A stretch of DNA of 64,000 nucleotides from the sequence record MZ574432.2. One strand, 5' to 3'. This document shows, piece after piece, positions 52,927 through 61,869 of this stretch; position 1 is the first letter of the stretch; each line of letters starts with the position of its first letter. The notes beneath the pieces were generated by a model. The model saw only the letters and a program-made list of their open reading frames with translations. It did not search any database and was not told where the DNA came from. The position numbers and the translations under genes are program-made.

Positions 52927-53229
52927 ATGGGCGCCGACTGTTTTGTGACCACCGCCAAGGGCAAGAACGCCAAGGAAGCGTTTCGCGACGCCGTGGACGA
53001 AGCCCAGTATAAATATGGCCATGGTGGCTATACCGGAACCATCGCCGAAAAGCACGAATTCGCCATGGACAAGGGTTTCAAGCCCGACCCCGCGAGCGAA
53101 AAGACGGTGATCGAGCAAGCCCAAGACTACGCCTGGACCAAGGTCGAGGACGAAGACAAATATGGGCCTGCCGTGTGCCTGGACCTGGGCGAAGGTCAAT
53201 TCCTGTTCTACGGCGTCGCCAAATGCTAG
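52927..53229 (+). CDS. Hypothetical early protein
   Basis: GAGGAG RBS; YGHGGYTGTIAEK. Confidence 0.8.
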   Translation: MGADCFVTTAKGKNAKEAFRDAVDEAQYKYGHGGYTGTIAEKHEFAMDKGFKPDPASEKTVIEQAQDYAWTKVEDEDKYGPAVCLDLGEGQFLFYGVAKC

Positions 53230-53235
53230 GCGAGT

Positions 53236-53259
53236 CCAGGCCTTCGCGGCCTGGGCTTT
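53236..53259 (+). terminator. Intrinsic terminator-like hairpin
   Basis: CCAGGCC-ttcgc-GGCCTGG followed by GCTTT. Confidence 0.55.
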
Positions 53260-53273
53260 GCCCTCCCGCCGGC

Positions 53274-53302
53274 GTTAACCTTAACGCGGCATTAGGGTTA
53301 AC
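53274..53302. promoter_or_regulatory. 29-bp CtrA-like quasi-palindrome
   Basis: GTTAACCTTAA-N7-TTAGGGTTAAC. Confidence 0.75.
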
Positions 53303-53341
53303 GCCGGCCGCCCAGGCTGTTAACCACCTTGCGAAAATAGT

Positions 53342-53382
53342 GCAAGAAAGCTGTTGACTGCATCAAAGCCCCATGCGACAAG
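53342..53382 (+). promoter_or_regulatory. Early-type promoter 3
   Basis: GCAAGAAAGCTGTTGACT...ATGCGACAAG. Confidence 0.8.
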
Positions 53383-53407
53383 AGGTCATCGAAACGGGAG
53401 ACACCCC

Positions 53408-53959
53408 ATGACCGACAAGACCACCGACCTGCTCTATCCGCAAACCCTGCTGGCCCAGAACCTGCCGGGTCGCCCCGGCATGCTGCCGGCCTGGATCGTG
53501 CTGCGCGACATGGGGCCGAAATCCCATCACCGCTACGTCACCCATATGCGGCTCGAATATCCGGCCATTGACGAGGCCGGCCCGAAATACGGCTTTGACC
53601 ATGGCCATTATTTCGCCGACCTGCGCGAGGCGATCGAAGACTATAGCCAGCGCTGCGCCGATAAGGTCATGAGCGCCATGCGCCAAGCCTACGACGTACC
53701 GCGCGCGCCGGACAAGCCGCGCACCGTGACCCTGCCGCTGGGCGTGGTCCAGGCCGCCTATGGCCTGATCGACGGCAACACCTTCGACCTCAACGCCGCC
53801 ACCGAGGACAAGGACTTGGTGAACGCCACCGAGGAGGCGCTTCGCGAGGCCCTGGGCTCCGATCGCTTTTTCCGCGATGTCGAAGCCGCCTCCAAGGCGC
53901 TCGCCGACGCCTACCGCGCCGCCAATCAACCGCCGGCCGAGGAGACCGCCCATGGCTGA
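53408..53959 (+). CDS. Hypothetical early protein
   Basis: GGGAGACACCCC leader. Confidence 0.75.
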   Translation: MTDKTTDLLYPQTLLAQNLPGRPGMLPAWIVLRDMGPKSHHRYVTHMRLEYPAIDEAGPKYGFDHGHYFADLREAIEDYSQRCADKVMSAMRQAYDVPRAPDKPRTVTLPLGVVQAAYGLIDGNTFDLNAATEDKDLVNATEEALREALGSDRFFRDVEAASKALADAYRAANQPPAEETAHG

Positions 53960-54467
53960 TTATGAGGCCTATGTGGTCTTGGACAAGCGCCGTCGCCATG
54001 TGGCGACGGTGACGTTCAAATTCACCGAAAGCCAAGTGACGGCCACCGTCGTCACGCCGTGGTCGGCGCCGGAGTCCCTGGCGCGCATCGCCAAGGTCAA
54101 GGGCTGGGTGATCGATCAAAACCGGCTCATCGATCCTGCGACCGGCAAGGCCGTGGCCTATGTCTCCAAGGTCCAGGAGCAGACCGGCAAGGCCGGCGGC
54201 TACGGCTACGACAAGCGCGCCGCCTCGCTCGCCGGCCTCTATGTCGATGGCCACGAGATGGGCGACCATTCGTCCAGCCTCGGCGCCCCGAAAAAGCCCA
54301 AAGGCGCCGACCTCTACCCGGCCGACTTCACCCCGCCCAAGGGCTACCGGCTGGCCAACTACCAGAGCGCCACCGAGACCAAGGAAGCCGGCTATATGTC
54401 GTGTTTCCGCGAGCAAGGGCTGAACTACCTGACCGCCCTGGGCTACGACGTTATCCAGGCGCTCTAA
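53952..54467 (+). CDS. Hypothetical early protein
   Basis: GGAG RBS; AGGYGYDK motif. Confidence 0.75.
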   Translation: MADYEAYVVLDKRRRHVATVTFKFTESQVTATVVTPWSAPESLARIAKVKGWVIDQNRLIDPATGKAVAYVSKVQEQTGKAGGYGYDKRAASLAGLYVDGHEMGDHSSSLGAPKKPKGADLYPADFTPPKGYRLANYQSATETKEAGYMSCFREQGLNYLTALGYDVIQAL

Positions 54468-54471
54468 GGCG

Positions 54472-54497
54472 AAGGCCCGCCACACCGGCGGGCTTTC
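54472..54497 (+). terminator. Intrinsic terminator
   Basis: GCCCGCC/GGCGGGC followed by TTT. Confidence 0.6.
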
Positions 54498-54511
54498 TGC
54501 TGGCCCTAGGC

Positions 54512-54565
54512 GTTAACCTTAACCGGGCGTTAGGGTTAACGGGGCGTAAACAAACATGGTTAACG
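54512..54565. promoter_or_regulatory. 29-bp CtrA-like quasi-palindrome plus extra half-sites
   Basis: GTTAACCTTAA-N7-TTAGGGTTAAC at 54512-54540. Confidence 0.75.
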
Positions 54566-54594
54566 CGGCCCATGGTCAGCCCAGGCGAAAAGGT

Positions 54595-54635
54595 GCAAGA
54601 AAGCTGTTGACAGCATTTCGACCCCATGCGACAAG
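54595..54635 (+). promoter_or_regulatory. Early-type promoter 4
   Basis: GCAAGAAAGCTGTTGACA-N15-GCGACAAG. Confidence 0.8.
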
Positions 54636-54682
54636 GGGGCTCCAAACAACGCCAACGCCCCAAGCGGGCAGGGAGACACCCC

Positions 54683-55264
54683 ATGGCCCTGGTCACCGAA
54701 TCCTTCGCCGTCGACATCGACTGCACCCGCGCCCTGACCCCTGCCGAGCGGCGCGGTCTGGCCGCCGCCATCGCCCATCTGCTGGCCATCAACATCGATA
54801 AGGTCGAGCCCGAGCCGGGCGGCTACCTGACCGCCAATATCGGCCGCGTTCGCCCGGCCGGCATGACCGGCGAGGCCGGCCGCGAGGCGCGGATCAGGAC
54901 CGAGGCCCTGACCAGCCTCGACCATGACGCCCCGGTCGCCCTGACCCTGGAGTGTGGCGGCAGCGTCGATGTCATCGCCCGCTTCTACACCATGGCCGAC
55001 GCCGAAACCTACCTCAACGAAAACCCGGAAATCGACCCGGTGTCGCTGAACCTGGGCTGCTACGGCATCGACGCCCCCTATGGCGTGGCCAGCGACGCCG
55101 ACGCTGATAAGCTGCTCTACGACCTGGGCTATCGCCTGCACGCCACGGCCGGCGGCTCCTGGACCTTCACCGACCCGAAGGGCTATCTCTGGGACGGCGG
55201 CGCCAAGCGTGAGGCCGTGGTCATGATCGCCCTGGCGCAAGCCGCCCAAATCGAGGAGGCGTAA
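54683..55264 (+). CDS. Hypothetical early protein
   Basis: GGGAGACACCCC leader. Confidence 0.75.
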   Translation: MALVTESFAVDIDCTRALTPAERRGLAAAIAHLLAINIDKVEPEPGGYLTANIGRVRPAGMTGEAGREARIRTEALTSLDHDAPVALTLECGGSVDVIARFYTMADAETYLNENPEIDPVSLNLGCYGIDAPYGVASDADADKLLYDLGYRLHATAGGSWTFTDPKGYLWDGGAKREAVVMIALAQAAQIEEA

Positions 55265-55269
55265 ACGCC

Positions 55270-55695
55270 ATGACCCGCTATTCGATCATGGTCGAGGTCC
55301 AGACCCTCGCCGACAGCGAAACCCAGGCCCGCAAGGACGTTGAATTCGCCATCATTGAGGGCCGGTTCCCCGAGCACATGAATTGGATGGTTCGCCAGAG
55401 CGCCCCTTGCGCCGGCGAGACCGTCCAGGCCGATGACACCCCCACCCGCTGGGCGACCTTTGTCGGTCAAGCCTGGGTCCAGGGCCACAGCATGGAGGTG
55501 GACGACGCGCGCGTGCGCTACGGGATCACCGACGCCGAATTCAACGCCAATGGCGGCGATGAGCCCGCCGACTTCGACGCCCTGGCCCAAGCCGCCCGCG
55601 CCCCGCAATGGGTCAAGGACTGGTCAGGCCCGTTCGACGTCTATATTTCCGACATCGAGGACGGGGAAGACCCCGAGGAAGTGCGCCAGCTATGA
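55270..55695 (+). CDS. Hypothetical early protein
   Basis: GAGGAGG RBS. Confidence 0.75.
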   Translation: MTRYSIMVEVQTLADSETQARKDVEFAIIEGRFPEHMNWMVRQSAPCAGETVQADDTPTRWATFVGQAWVQGHSMEVDDARVRYGITDAEFNANGGDEPADFDALAQAARAPQWVKDWSGPFDVYISDIEDGEDPEEVRQL

Positions 55696-56243
55696 AACGC
55701 CGCCACAGCCTTTATTTGCTGGTGATCAACACCGGCCCCCTGGTGATCCTCCAGGCGCCGGCCGATTTCCTGCGCTGGGACATCCACCGCGCCGCCATCC
55801 TGCGCATGATGCGCCGTGACCATGGCGTCAAGGCCAAGGACGTTCACGCCATCGAAGGCCTCGCCGGCTCGCCCTACGGCGCCGACGATGACCGCGAGGC
55901 CCTGGGCAAGCTCAAGGAAACCTTCGCGGGCCTGCGCCACGGCTTCGCCGCCTTCCACCTCTACACCTGGGACGGCAAGGACTATCAGCCCTTGCGCGAG
56001 CCCCTGACGCGCCCGCAAGGCCTTGTTCGCCTCCTAGGCCCCTATCCGCCGCCGAGCGGCGTCTATGGGCCGCACGCGCGCAAGACCGCCTCCCACGTCT
56101 ATCAGGTCTTCAACGCCGATGGCGTCAAGCTGGTGGGCGGCTCGTTCGGCCCCGATCCTGACGCGGCCCTGGCCTATGCCCGCGCCCAAGCCGCCGCCAA
56201 GGGCTACCCTGACCCGGCGGTCGAGATCGTCACCCCGAATTAA
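55692..56243 (+). CDS. Hypothetical early protein
   Basis: ATGA-coupled. Confidence 0.7.
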   Translation: MKRRHSLYLLVINTGPLVILQAPADFLRWDIHRAAILRMMRRDHGVKAKDVHAIEGLAGSPYGADDDREALGKLKETFAGLRHGFAAFHLYTWDGKDYQPLREPLTRPQGLVRLLGPYPPPSGVYGPHARKTASHVYQVFNADGVKLVGGSFGPDPDAALAYARAQAAAKGYPDPAVEIVTPN

Positions 56244-56245
56244 AT

Positions 56246-56286
56246 GCAAGAAAACTGTTGACAGCCTTTCGGGGCCATGCGAGAAC
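56246..56286 (+). promoter_or_regulatory. Early-type promoter 5
   Basis: GCAAGAAAACTGTTGACA...ATGCGAGAAC. Confidence 0.8.
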
Positions 56287-56328
56287 AAGGCTCAAGACGA
56301 GACAAGAGACAGCCAAGAGGAGGACATC

Positions 56329-56337
56329 ATGAAGTAG
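56329..56337 (+). other. Minigene ATG-AAG-TAG with strong SD
   Basis: GAGGAGG 5 nt upstream; in frame with ORF 56359. Confidence 0.5.
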
Positions 56338-56358
56338 CGACAATCTGGAGCACACCTC

Positions 56359-56817
56359 ATGAATGTATTCGTCCGCGACGATCTTTTTCAAACCGATCTC
56401 GACGAGTGTGGTGACCCGCTTCTGGGTCGCGTCTTCTACGTCGTTGTCGAGGATCAGAACGGCGCCCGCATCGCCCACGATCGTTGTTTCTACGATCACC
56501 GGCGCGTCACCGATGAGGATGGCTTCGCCTTCTGGCAAGCCCTCTCTTACGAAGACGTCGCCGCCGAGGAAGCCAAGGCGAAAGCCCTGGCCGCCAAGAT
56601 CGAGAGCCATCTGGCGCGGGGCGGCGCCCTGGACCCCGAGCACTGGCGAGACATCGACCCGTGCTATGGCTCCAAGGCCTATGCCGATCTCGACCGGTTC
56701 GGCTACTTCCTGGCCAAGGAACGGGCCGCCGACCGCGATCGAGGCGAGAACGTCCCTGACAGCCCTTGGGACGGCATCGCCGCCATGGTCGATGGCCCCA
56801 ACTGGTTCGACCGCTGA
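56359..56817 (+). CDS. Hypothetical early protein
   Basis: GGAG RBS. Confidence 0.75.
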   Translation: MNVFVRDDLFQTDLDECGDPLLGRVFYVVVEDQNGARIAHDRCFYDHRRVTDEDGFAFWQALSYEDVAAEEAKAKALAAKIESHLARGGALDPEHWRDIDPCYGSKAYADLDRFGYFLAKERAADRDRGENVPDSPWDGIAAMVDGPNWFDR

Positions 56818-56821
56818 TCTT

Positions 56822-56850
56822 AAGGCCTCGCCACCCGGCGGGGCCTTTTG
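56822..56850 (+). terminator. Intrinsic terminator
   Basis: AAGGCCTCGCC/GGCGGGGCCTT followed by TT. Confidence 0.7.
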
Positions 56851-56864
56851 ACCACCGCCTGGGC

Positions 56865-56893
56865 GTTAACCTTAACCGCCCGTTAGGGTTAAC
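56865..56893. promoter_or_regulatory. 29-bp CtrA-like quasi-palindrome
   Basis: GTTAACCTTAA-N7-TTAGGGTTAAC. Confidence 0.75.
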
Positions 56894-56922
56894 CCCGTCG
56901 CGCCCGGCGTTAACCCTGTGGC

Positions 56923-56963
56923 GCAAGAAAGCTGTTGACAGCATATCAGCCCCATGCGACAAG
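56923..56963 (+). promoter_or_regulatory. Early-type promoter 6
   Basis: GCAAGAAAGCTGTTGACA...ATGCGACAAG. Confidence 0.8.
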
Positions 56964-56990
56964 AGCCCATCACAACGAAGGAGGTCGCCC

Positions 56991-57668
56991 ATGGGCGCCG
57001 GCATTTCAAAGACCGCACTGAACGCCCGCGTTCGGCGCCGCCTGCAAAACTTCGCCCACGCCAACGGTGGGACCTACGCCAAATATCAGGCCCAAGGCGT
57101 CAAGGACGGCCTGCCCTGGACCAAGGGCGTCAACGTACTTCGCGCCTCCAATGGCGAGACCTTTGGCCTTGACTGCATCGTCATCGGTCAGGGCGAGGCC
57201 GCCCGCCCCTACGGCTTTTCCGACCTCGATAGCGCGATCCTGGCCTATCGCCTGGACGAGGCCGAAACCGGCGCGGCGATCTTCGCGGGCCAGCGCGGCG
57301 ATTACAAGCGCTTGATCGGCCGGCGTAGCCCGTTCATCCAGACCTGGGGCTTTGACTATTGCCTCGCCCTGGAGTTGGACGACGGCGGGTTTACGCTCTT
57401 TCGCCCGAACGGGACCATGCTTCCCTTCCGGGGCGAGGCCGCCGACAGTTGGGCGCGTGAGCTTTGGGTTCTGTTGCCCAAGGTCTACCGCCGCCACGAC
57501 GAGCGCAAGCCGCTCTATCGCAGCGAGGCGATCGCCCAAGCCCAGGCCCTGGACCTGTGGGCCAGCCAGTTCGCCGACGAGGATTGGACCACCGCCGGGG
57601 ATGACTGGCGCGGCAAGCCCGACCACTACAAAGGCCCCCGCAACCTGCCCCACGGCGACCCGCTCTAG
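56991..57668 (+). CDS. Hypothetical early protein
   Basis: AAGGAGG RBS. Confidence 0.75.
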   Translation: MGAGISKTALNARVRRRLQNFAHANGGTYAKYQAQGVKDGLPWTKGVNVLRASNGETFGLDCIVIGQGEAARPYGFSDLDSAILAYRLDEAETGAAIFAGQRGDYKRLIGRRSPFIQTWGFDYCLALELDDGGFTLFRPNGTMLPFRGEAADSWARELWVLLPKVYRRHDERKPLYRSEAIAQAQALDLWASQFADEDWTTAGDDWRGKPDHYKGPRNLPHGDPL

Positions 57669-57717
57669 CCAGAGGATCACCCAGGCCCCGCGCCTGGGTT
57701 CGATCCTTGCCGCGTCC

Positions 57718-57746
57718 GTTAACCCTAACACGGCGTTAAGGTTGAC
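57718..57746. promoter_or_regulatory. 29-bp CtrA-like quasi-palindrome (inverted)
   Basis: GTTAACCCTAA-N7-TTAAGGTTGAC. Confidence 0.7.
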
Positions 57747-57756
57747 AAAAATAAAT

Positions 57757-57797
57757 GCAAGAAAGCTGTTGACAGCATCGAAGCCACATGCGACAAG
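57757..57797 (+). promoter_or_regulatory. Early-type promoter 7
   Basis: GCAAGAAAGCTGTTGACA...ATGCGACAAG. Confidence 0.8.
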
Positions 57798-57822
57798 AGG
57801 TCATCGAAACGGGAGACACCCC

Positions 57823-58323
57823 ATGAACGACCAATATCCGCCCCTGACCGATGGCCAGCAAGCGGCCCTGGTCGCCTTCGCCGACCAGCATGGCGGCCTG
57901 GGCGAGGCCTGGAAGGAAGCCCTCGGCGACGCCTGGAGGACGTGCAGCGAGCCCGAGGCCCTCAAGGCCGACCTGCGAACCATCCGCAACACCTATGGCC
58001 CCTCCTGGCTCTATGATGAATATGCCTGGGGCTGGCGCCCGACCCTGCCGGAGTGGGAGCGCGCCGGGCGCTGGACCGACACCCCGCCGCAGCCGACGCC
58101 GGGCAAGGCCCGCTGGAGCGCGTCGTTCGACCCGCCGGCCATCGGCGAGCGCGTCCGGGTGACCACCAACGGCCTGGGCTGGGCGAGGGTCACCGGCTAC
58201 TTCGTCGAAGGCGACTGGCTGGGCGTGATCGTCAAGCTTGAAGCCCCGGCCGACTGGTATGTCAAGCAGAACGGCGGCAACGTCCCCGGCCACAGCTTCG
58301 GAACCGAAATCGCCCTGGATTAA
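57823..58323 (+). CDS. Hypothetical early protein (two domains)
   Basis: GGGAGACACCCC leader; LRTIRNTYGPSWL. Confidence 0.75.
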   Translation: MNDQYPPLTDGQQAALVAFADQHGGLGEAWKEALGDAWRTCSEPEALKADLRTIRNTYGPSWLYDEYAWGWRPTLPEWERAGRWTDTPPQPTPGKARWSASFDPPAIGERVRVTTNGLGWARVTGYFVEGDWLGVIVKLEAPADWYVKQNGGNVPGHSFGTEIALD

Positions 58324-58389
58324 CCATCTGGGACTAGCCTGGGCGGCCCTGGCTGGGAAACCAGCCGGGGCGCAAGGCCGCCGGCCGGC

Positions 58390-58450
58390 GTTAAGGTTAA
58401 CCTCTCTCGCCCGGCAGTTAAGGTTAAACCCGCCGCCCAGGCCGTTAACC
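58390..58450. promoter_or_regulatory. TTAAGGTTAA half-site cluster
   Basis: Two GTTAAGGTTAA plus GTTAAC. Confidence 0.6.
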
Positions 58451-58467
58451 AAGGCGCCCAAGAAAGT

Positions 58468-58510
58468 GCAAGAAAGCTGTTGACAAGCATCTAGGCCACA
58501 TGCGACAAGA
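58468..58510 (+). promoter_or_regulatory. Early-type promoter 8
   Basis: GCAAGAAAGCTGTTGACA...ATGCGACAAG. Confidence 0.8.
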
Positions 58511-58534
58511 GGGCATCACAACGGGAGACACCCC

Positions 58535-59389
58535 ATGACCACCGCCCCGCGCCTGTTCGCCGATCTCGACGACCTCGCCAAGACCACCTATGTCGTCCGC
58601 ATCGTCGACAACGGCGGCGAGAGCGCCGACCGTTACACGATCGTCACCGCCGACGGCGACTATTACGCCTACAGCGCCAACCCCGGCCATCCCCAAGGCG
58701 TGGGCCTGTCGGGCGAAGGCATCGACCCCCAAGTGCTGGCCACCTGGGTTGAGCGCGGCGAGGCCGTGGACCTCACCCTAGGCGAGCTTCCCGAGGCCGC
58801 CGCAAGGTGCCTGCTGGGCTCGCTGAACCAGTCTTTCGAGGACTTCCTGAAAGCCGTCGAGGACGGCGCCCGCGACGCCGTGGCCCCGACTCGCGAAAAG
58901 GCCTCGATCCATGACGGCTCTTACGACTCGTTCGGCAAGGGCCTCTATCGGGTCGGTGAGGCCCTGGCCATCCGCCGCGACGGCGACGACGCGGGCGACG
59001 ATCTAGGCCCCTACATGACCGCCGTCGAGGCGGTCAAGAACACCCTCCCCGATGAATACGCCTTCGCCGGCGAGGAATATCTGTCGCCCCGCGACATGAC
59101 CTTGACCGAGCCGGTCGCCAAGCCGCTGGCCCTGGTCCACGCCCTGGAGGCCATTCGTGACTATGAATATCAGCGCGACAACCCCGGCTCGTTCTTCGAC
59201 GGCCTCAACGAGGACGACACTGACGCGGGCCTGGGGACCGATCGCCGTATCGCCTACCTCAACGCCGTGACCAGTGATGCGCGCATCGTGTCGCGGATCG
59301 GCGAGGCCGACGCCCTGGCCCTGGCCCATGAGTGCCTCGCCGAACTGTGGACCCTCGCCCAAGAGCGTTGGGAAGAGGCCAAGGCCTAA
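58535..59389 (+). CDS. Hypothetical early protein
   Basis: GGGAGACACCCC leader; DNGGESADRYT. Confidence 0.8.
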   Translation: MTTAPRLFADLDDLAKTTYVVRIVDNGGESADRYTIVTADGDYYAYSANPGHPQGVGLSGEGIDPQVLATWVERGEAVDLTLGELPEAAARCLLGSLNQSFEDFLKAVEDGARDAVAPTREKASIHDGSYDSFGKGLYRVGEALAIRRDGDDAGDDLGPYMTAVEAVKNTLPDEYAFAGEEYLSPRDMTLTEPVAKPLALVHALEAIRDYEYQRDNPGSFFDGLNEDDTDAGLGTDRRIAYLNAVTSDARIVSRIGEADALALAHECLAELWTLAQERWEEAKA

Positions 59390-59400
59390 GACTCCTGCAT

Positions 59401-59431
59401 CGCCCCGGCCTCATCGCCGGGGCGTCTTTTT
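59401..59431 (+). terminator. Intrinsic terminator
   Basis: CGCCCCGGC/GCCGGGGCG followed by TCTTTTT. Confidence 0.75.
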
Positions 59432-59445
59432 GACCACCGCCTGGG

Positions 59446-59474
59446 GTTAACCCTAACGCGACGTTAAGGTTAAC
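59446..59474. promoter_or_regulatory. 29-bp CtrA-like quasi-palindrome (inverted)
   Basis: GTTAACCCTAA-N7-TTAAGGTTAAC. Confidence 0.75.
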
Positions 59475-59506
59475 CCCGGCGGCCCAGGCCTTAACCATCT
59501 TTTCCC

Positions 59507-59547
59507 GCAAGAAAGCTGTTGACGGCATGGCATGGACATGCGATGTC
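59507..59547 (+). promoter_or_regulatory. Early-type promoter 9
   Basis: GCAAGAAAGCTGTTGACG...ATGCGATG. Confidence 0.75.
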
Positions 59548-59577
59548 ACAGAAACACCGAACGGGAGACACCCCCTC

Positions 59578-60612
59578 ATGACCACCTATCGGACGACCAC
59601 CCGCCCCGACCGCCTGACGCAGATGGCGTTTTTCTCGTTCGACGCCCTGCGCTCGGACTCGCCCTTCGCCGTCAAGCCCGCCTGTGGCAAGGCGCCGCGC
59701 GAGCGCGCCCTGGAGGACTTCGACCCGGCCGTGATGTTCACCATCAAGCCGCGCGATCGCGGCGACGGCTACACCGCCCATGCCAATTTCGGCGGCTCTG
59801 AGGTGTCGTGGATCAGCATCGCCGGCTATGGCCTCACCGAGGAGGCCGCCCGCGCTGATCTCCTCGCCCGGTTCATCGCCGATCGCAACGGCGAGGGCAA
59901 ATATGGCCCTCATGAGCCGCTGCATGGCTATGCCTGGACCAGCCAACTGGCGCCGTACTGGGATTTGCTGGAGCGTGAGGCGGCCATTCGCCAGCCCTTC
60001 GCCCGCACTCTCTATCTGGGCAAGCTCAAGTCGGGCCGCCCCAATCCCAAGGGCTTTGACGTGTTCGTCGATGTCACATGGACCGGCGAGCGCCTGACGC
60101 TGTCGGGCGTCATTGGCCCCAAGGCTAACGGCAATTCCTGGGGCGGCTGTGGCCAGATCATCGACAGTCTGGAGCGCAAGGCCTTCCTCGAATTCGCCCC
60201 GTCCTGGCATTATGACAGCGCCCTGACGGGCCTTGTGCAGGCCTGGACGCGCTGGCATTTGAACGACCTTCGCGCCGGCTCGCCGGCTCAGGAAAAGCAC
60301 CTGCGCCACTATCAGGCCAAGCTCAACATTGAGCAGGCCATGACCGCCGGCGCCCATCATCTGGACGCCACCCGCGCCGAACTGGCGCGCGTGGGCCTGG
60401 AGCCTGACCCCTACCACCGCCACGGCGTCGGCTCCAAGGCCTACAGCTACGGCAGCGGCTGGCTGAAAGAGGAGGTTCCAACCCACGTTCTGGACTTCCT
60501 GCGCAACCTACCCGCCCCATCAAACAAAGCCCCTGGAGGTAATCGCATGGCCCTAAACACCGCCGGCCTCGTCGCCCGTCTGCGCGAGGTTCTCGCCGCC
60601 GCCCGTCCCTGA
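59578..60612 (+). CDS. Hypothetical early protein (3' end may be a fused small ORF)
   Basis: GGGAGACACCCC leader; GGCGQI, RWHLNDLRAG, YSYGSGWLKEEVP. Confidence 0.75.
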   Translation: MTTYRTTTRPDRLTQMAFFSFDALRSDSPFAVKPACGKAPRERALEDFDPAVMFTIKPRDRGDGYTAHANFGGSEVSWISIAGYGLTEEAARADLLARFIADRNGEGKYGPHEPLHGYAWTSQLAPYWDLLEREAAIRQPFARTLYLGKLKSGRPNPKGFDVFVDVTWTGERLTLSGVIGPKANGNSWGGCGQIIDSLERKAFLEFAPSWHYDSALTGLVQAWTRWHLNDLRAGSPAQEKHLRHYQAKLNIEQAMTAGAHHLDATRAELARVGLEPDPYHRHGVGSKAYSYGSGWLKEEVPTHVLDFLRNLPAPSNKAPGGNRMALNTAGLVARLREVLAAARP

Positions 60613-60650
60613 CCGAATGGGCCAAGGGGCGCGGTCTACAGCATCAAAAC

Positions 60651-60941
60651 GTGTCCGCCGTGGCGCGTGGCGACACCGTGCCGCAAACCTCGATCGCCAC
60701 GGCCCTGGGCTTGCGCCGGGTGACCATCCAAGCCTATCTGGCGCCCAGTGAAGCCCTGCCCCTGCTTCCGCCGGGCTGGGAAGAGGTGCAGCCCGGATCG
60801 GCGACCCCGGTCGGCTGGACCCCTCGCGACAAGGCCGCCCAACCCATCCCGCAAAGCGGTTCGGCCGATCGCGCCGCCCGCGCCCGCGCCATCCGCCTGG
60901 AGCGGCTGCGAAACGAAAAAGAAATGCGAGAAAGCCGTTGA
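60651..60941 (+). CDS. Small HTH-like protein
   Basis: QTSIATALGLRRVTIQAYL. Confidence 0.45.
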   Translation: MSAVARGDTVPQTSIATALGLRRVTIQAYLAPSEALPLLPPGWEEVQPGSATPVGWTPRDKAAQPIPQSGSADRAARARAIRLERLRNEKEMRESR

Positions 60942-60966
60942 CAGCATAACAAGGCCATGCGACAAA
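60926..60966 (+). promoter_or_regulatory. Early-type promoter 10
   Basis: GCGAGAAAGCCGTTGACA...ATGCGACAAA. Confidence 0.75.
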
Positions 60967-60991
60967 GCCTCATCAACTGAGGAGCGCCGCC

Positions 60992-61210
60992 ATGGCCTAT
61001 GCTCAAGCCTTCGTCGTCAACGCCTACATCAACGCTCATGTCGAGGAAATCGCCTATAGCGCCATGATGGAAGACCGCGCCGCCGAGGAACTCGACGGCC
61101 TGGACTTTGGCGACCGCTGTTACTACGGCGACCGCGCTTATACGGAACAAAGGATGCTGGAGCGCTACGCCCTGGCCGCCGCTGATCTTCACCCCATCCT
61201 CTACGCCTGA
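60992..61210 (+). CDS. Small hypothetical protein
   Basis: GAGGAG RBS. Confidence 0.7.
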   Translation: MAYAQAFVVNAYINAHVEEIAYSAMMEDRAAEELDGLDFGDRCYYGDRAYTEQRMLERYALAAADLHPILYA

Positions 61211-61224
61211 AAGGAGGGCGTTCC

Positions 61225-61617
61225 ATGGCTAAGAAAAAGCTTCCGACGCCAAACCCGTATCGCCGCTACAGCGTCGAGGGCCTGGACGCGGCGACGAAGG
61301 CCGCCCGCCGTCCTTCGCGCGCCTGCATCCGCCATCACGTGGAAGAGGCCGCCAAGCGCCGCGCCGACGCCCTGGCCGCCCTGGCCAGCAAGACCCGCGT
61401 TTCGCGCGCCTCGACGATGAGCCTCCAGATGTGGCAAGAGGCCGCCACCGTCTCGCTCCACATCCTGGCGCGCAAGGCCCTGGAATACCATCGCATGAGA
61501 GCGTTCGCCGTCTCCAGCGGCGGCGGCTCCTACGCCCCGAGCGGCTGGCCTCTCGACCGCCACGCCCGCGACCAATGGGCCGCCCTCAACCCTCAAGCTT
61601 TCAGCGAGGCCGCATGA
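61225..61617 (+). CDS. Basic hypothetical protein
   Basis: AAGGAGG RBS. Confidence 0.7.
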   Translation: MAKKKLPTPNPYRRYSVEGLDAATKAARRPSRACIRHHVEEAAKRRADALAALASKTRVSRASTMSLQMWQEAATVSLHILARKALEYHRMRAFAVSSGGGSYAPSGWPLDRHARDQWAALNPQAFSEAA

Positions 61618-61826
61618 CCCTGACCTATCGCACCGACTACACGCCCGACGACGGCAAGACCATCGAGGTCAGCGACCCGATGACGCGTGAGCAGGCCATG
61701 CGGCAAGCCGCCTACCTGTCGCGCACCTACGGGACCGCCTACGCCATCGCCAGCGACGGCAAACGCGACACCGGCCAAAGGGTCTATCAAGACGGCCGGT
61801 TCGCCTACCAAGACGACAAGTTCTAA
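61614..61826 (+). CDS. Small hypothetical protein
   Basis: ATGA-coupled. Confidence 0.7.
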   Translation: MTLTYRTDYTPDDGKTIEVSDPMTREQAMRQAAYLSRTYGTAYAIASDGKRDTGQRVYQDGRFAYQDDKF

Positions 61827-61827
61827 G

Positions 61828-61856
61828 GAAGGGCCTGGAGCGATCCGGGCCTTTTC
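61828..61856 (+). terminator. Intrinsic terminator
   Basis: GGCCTGGA/TCCGGGCC followed by TTTT. Confidence 0.65.
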
Positions 61857-61869
61857 ATCGCCGGCCGGC

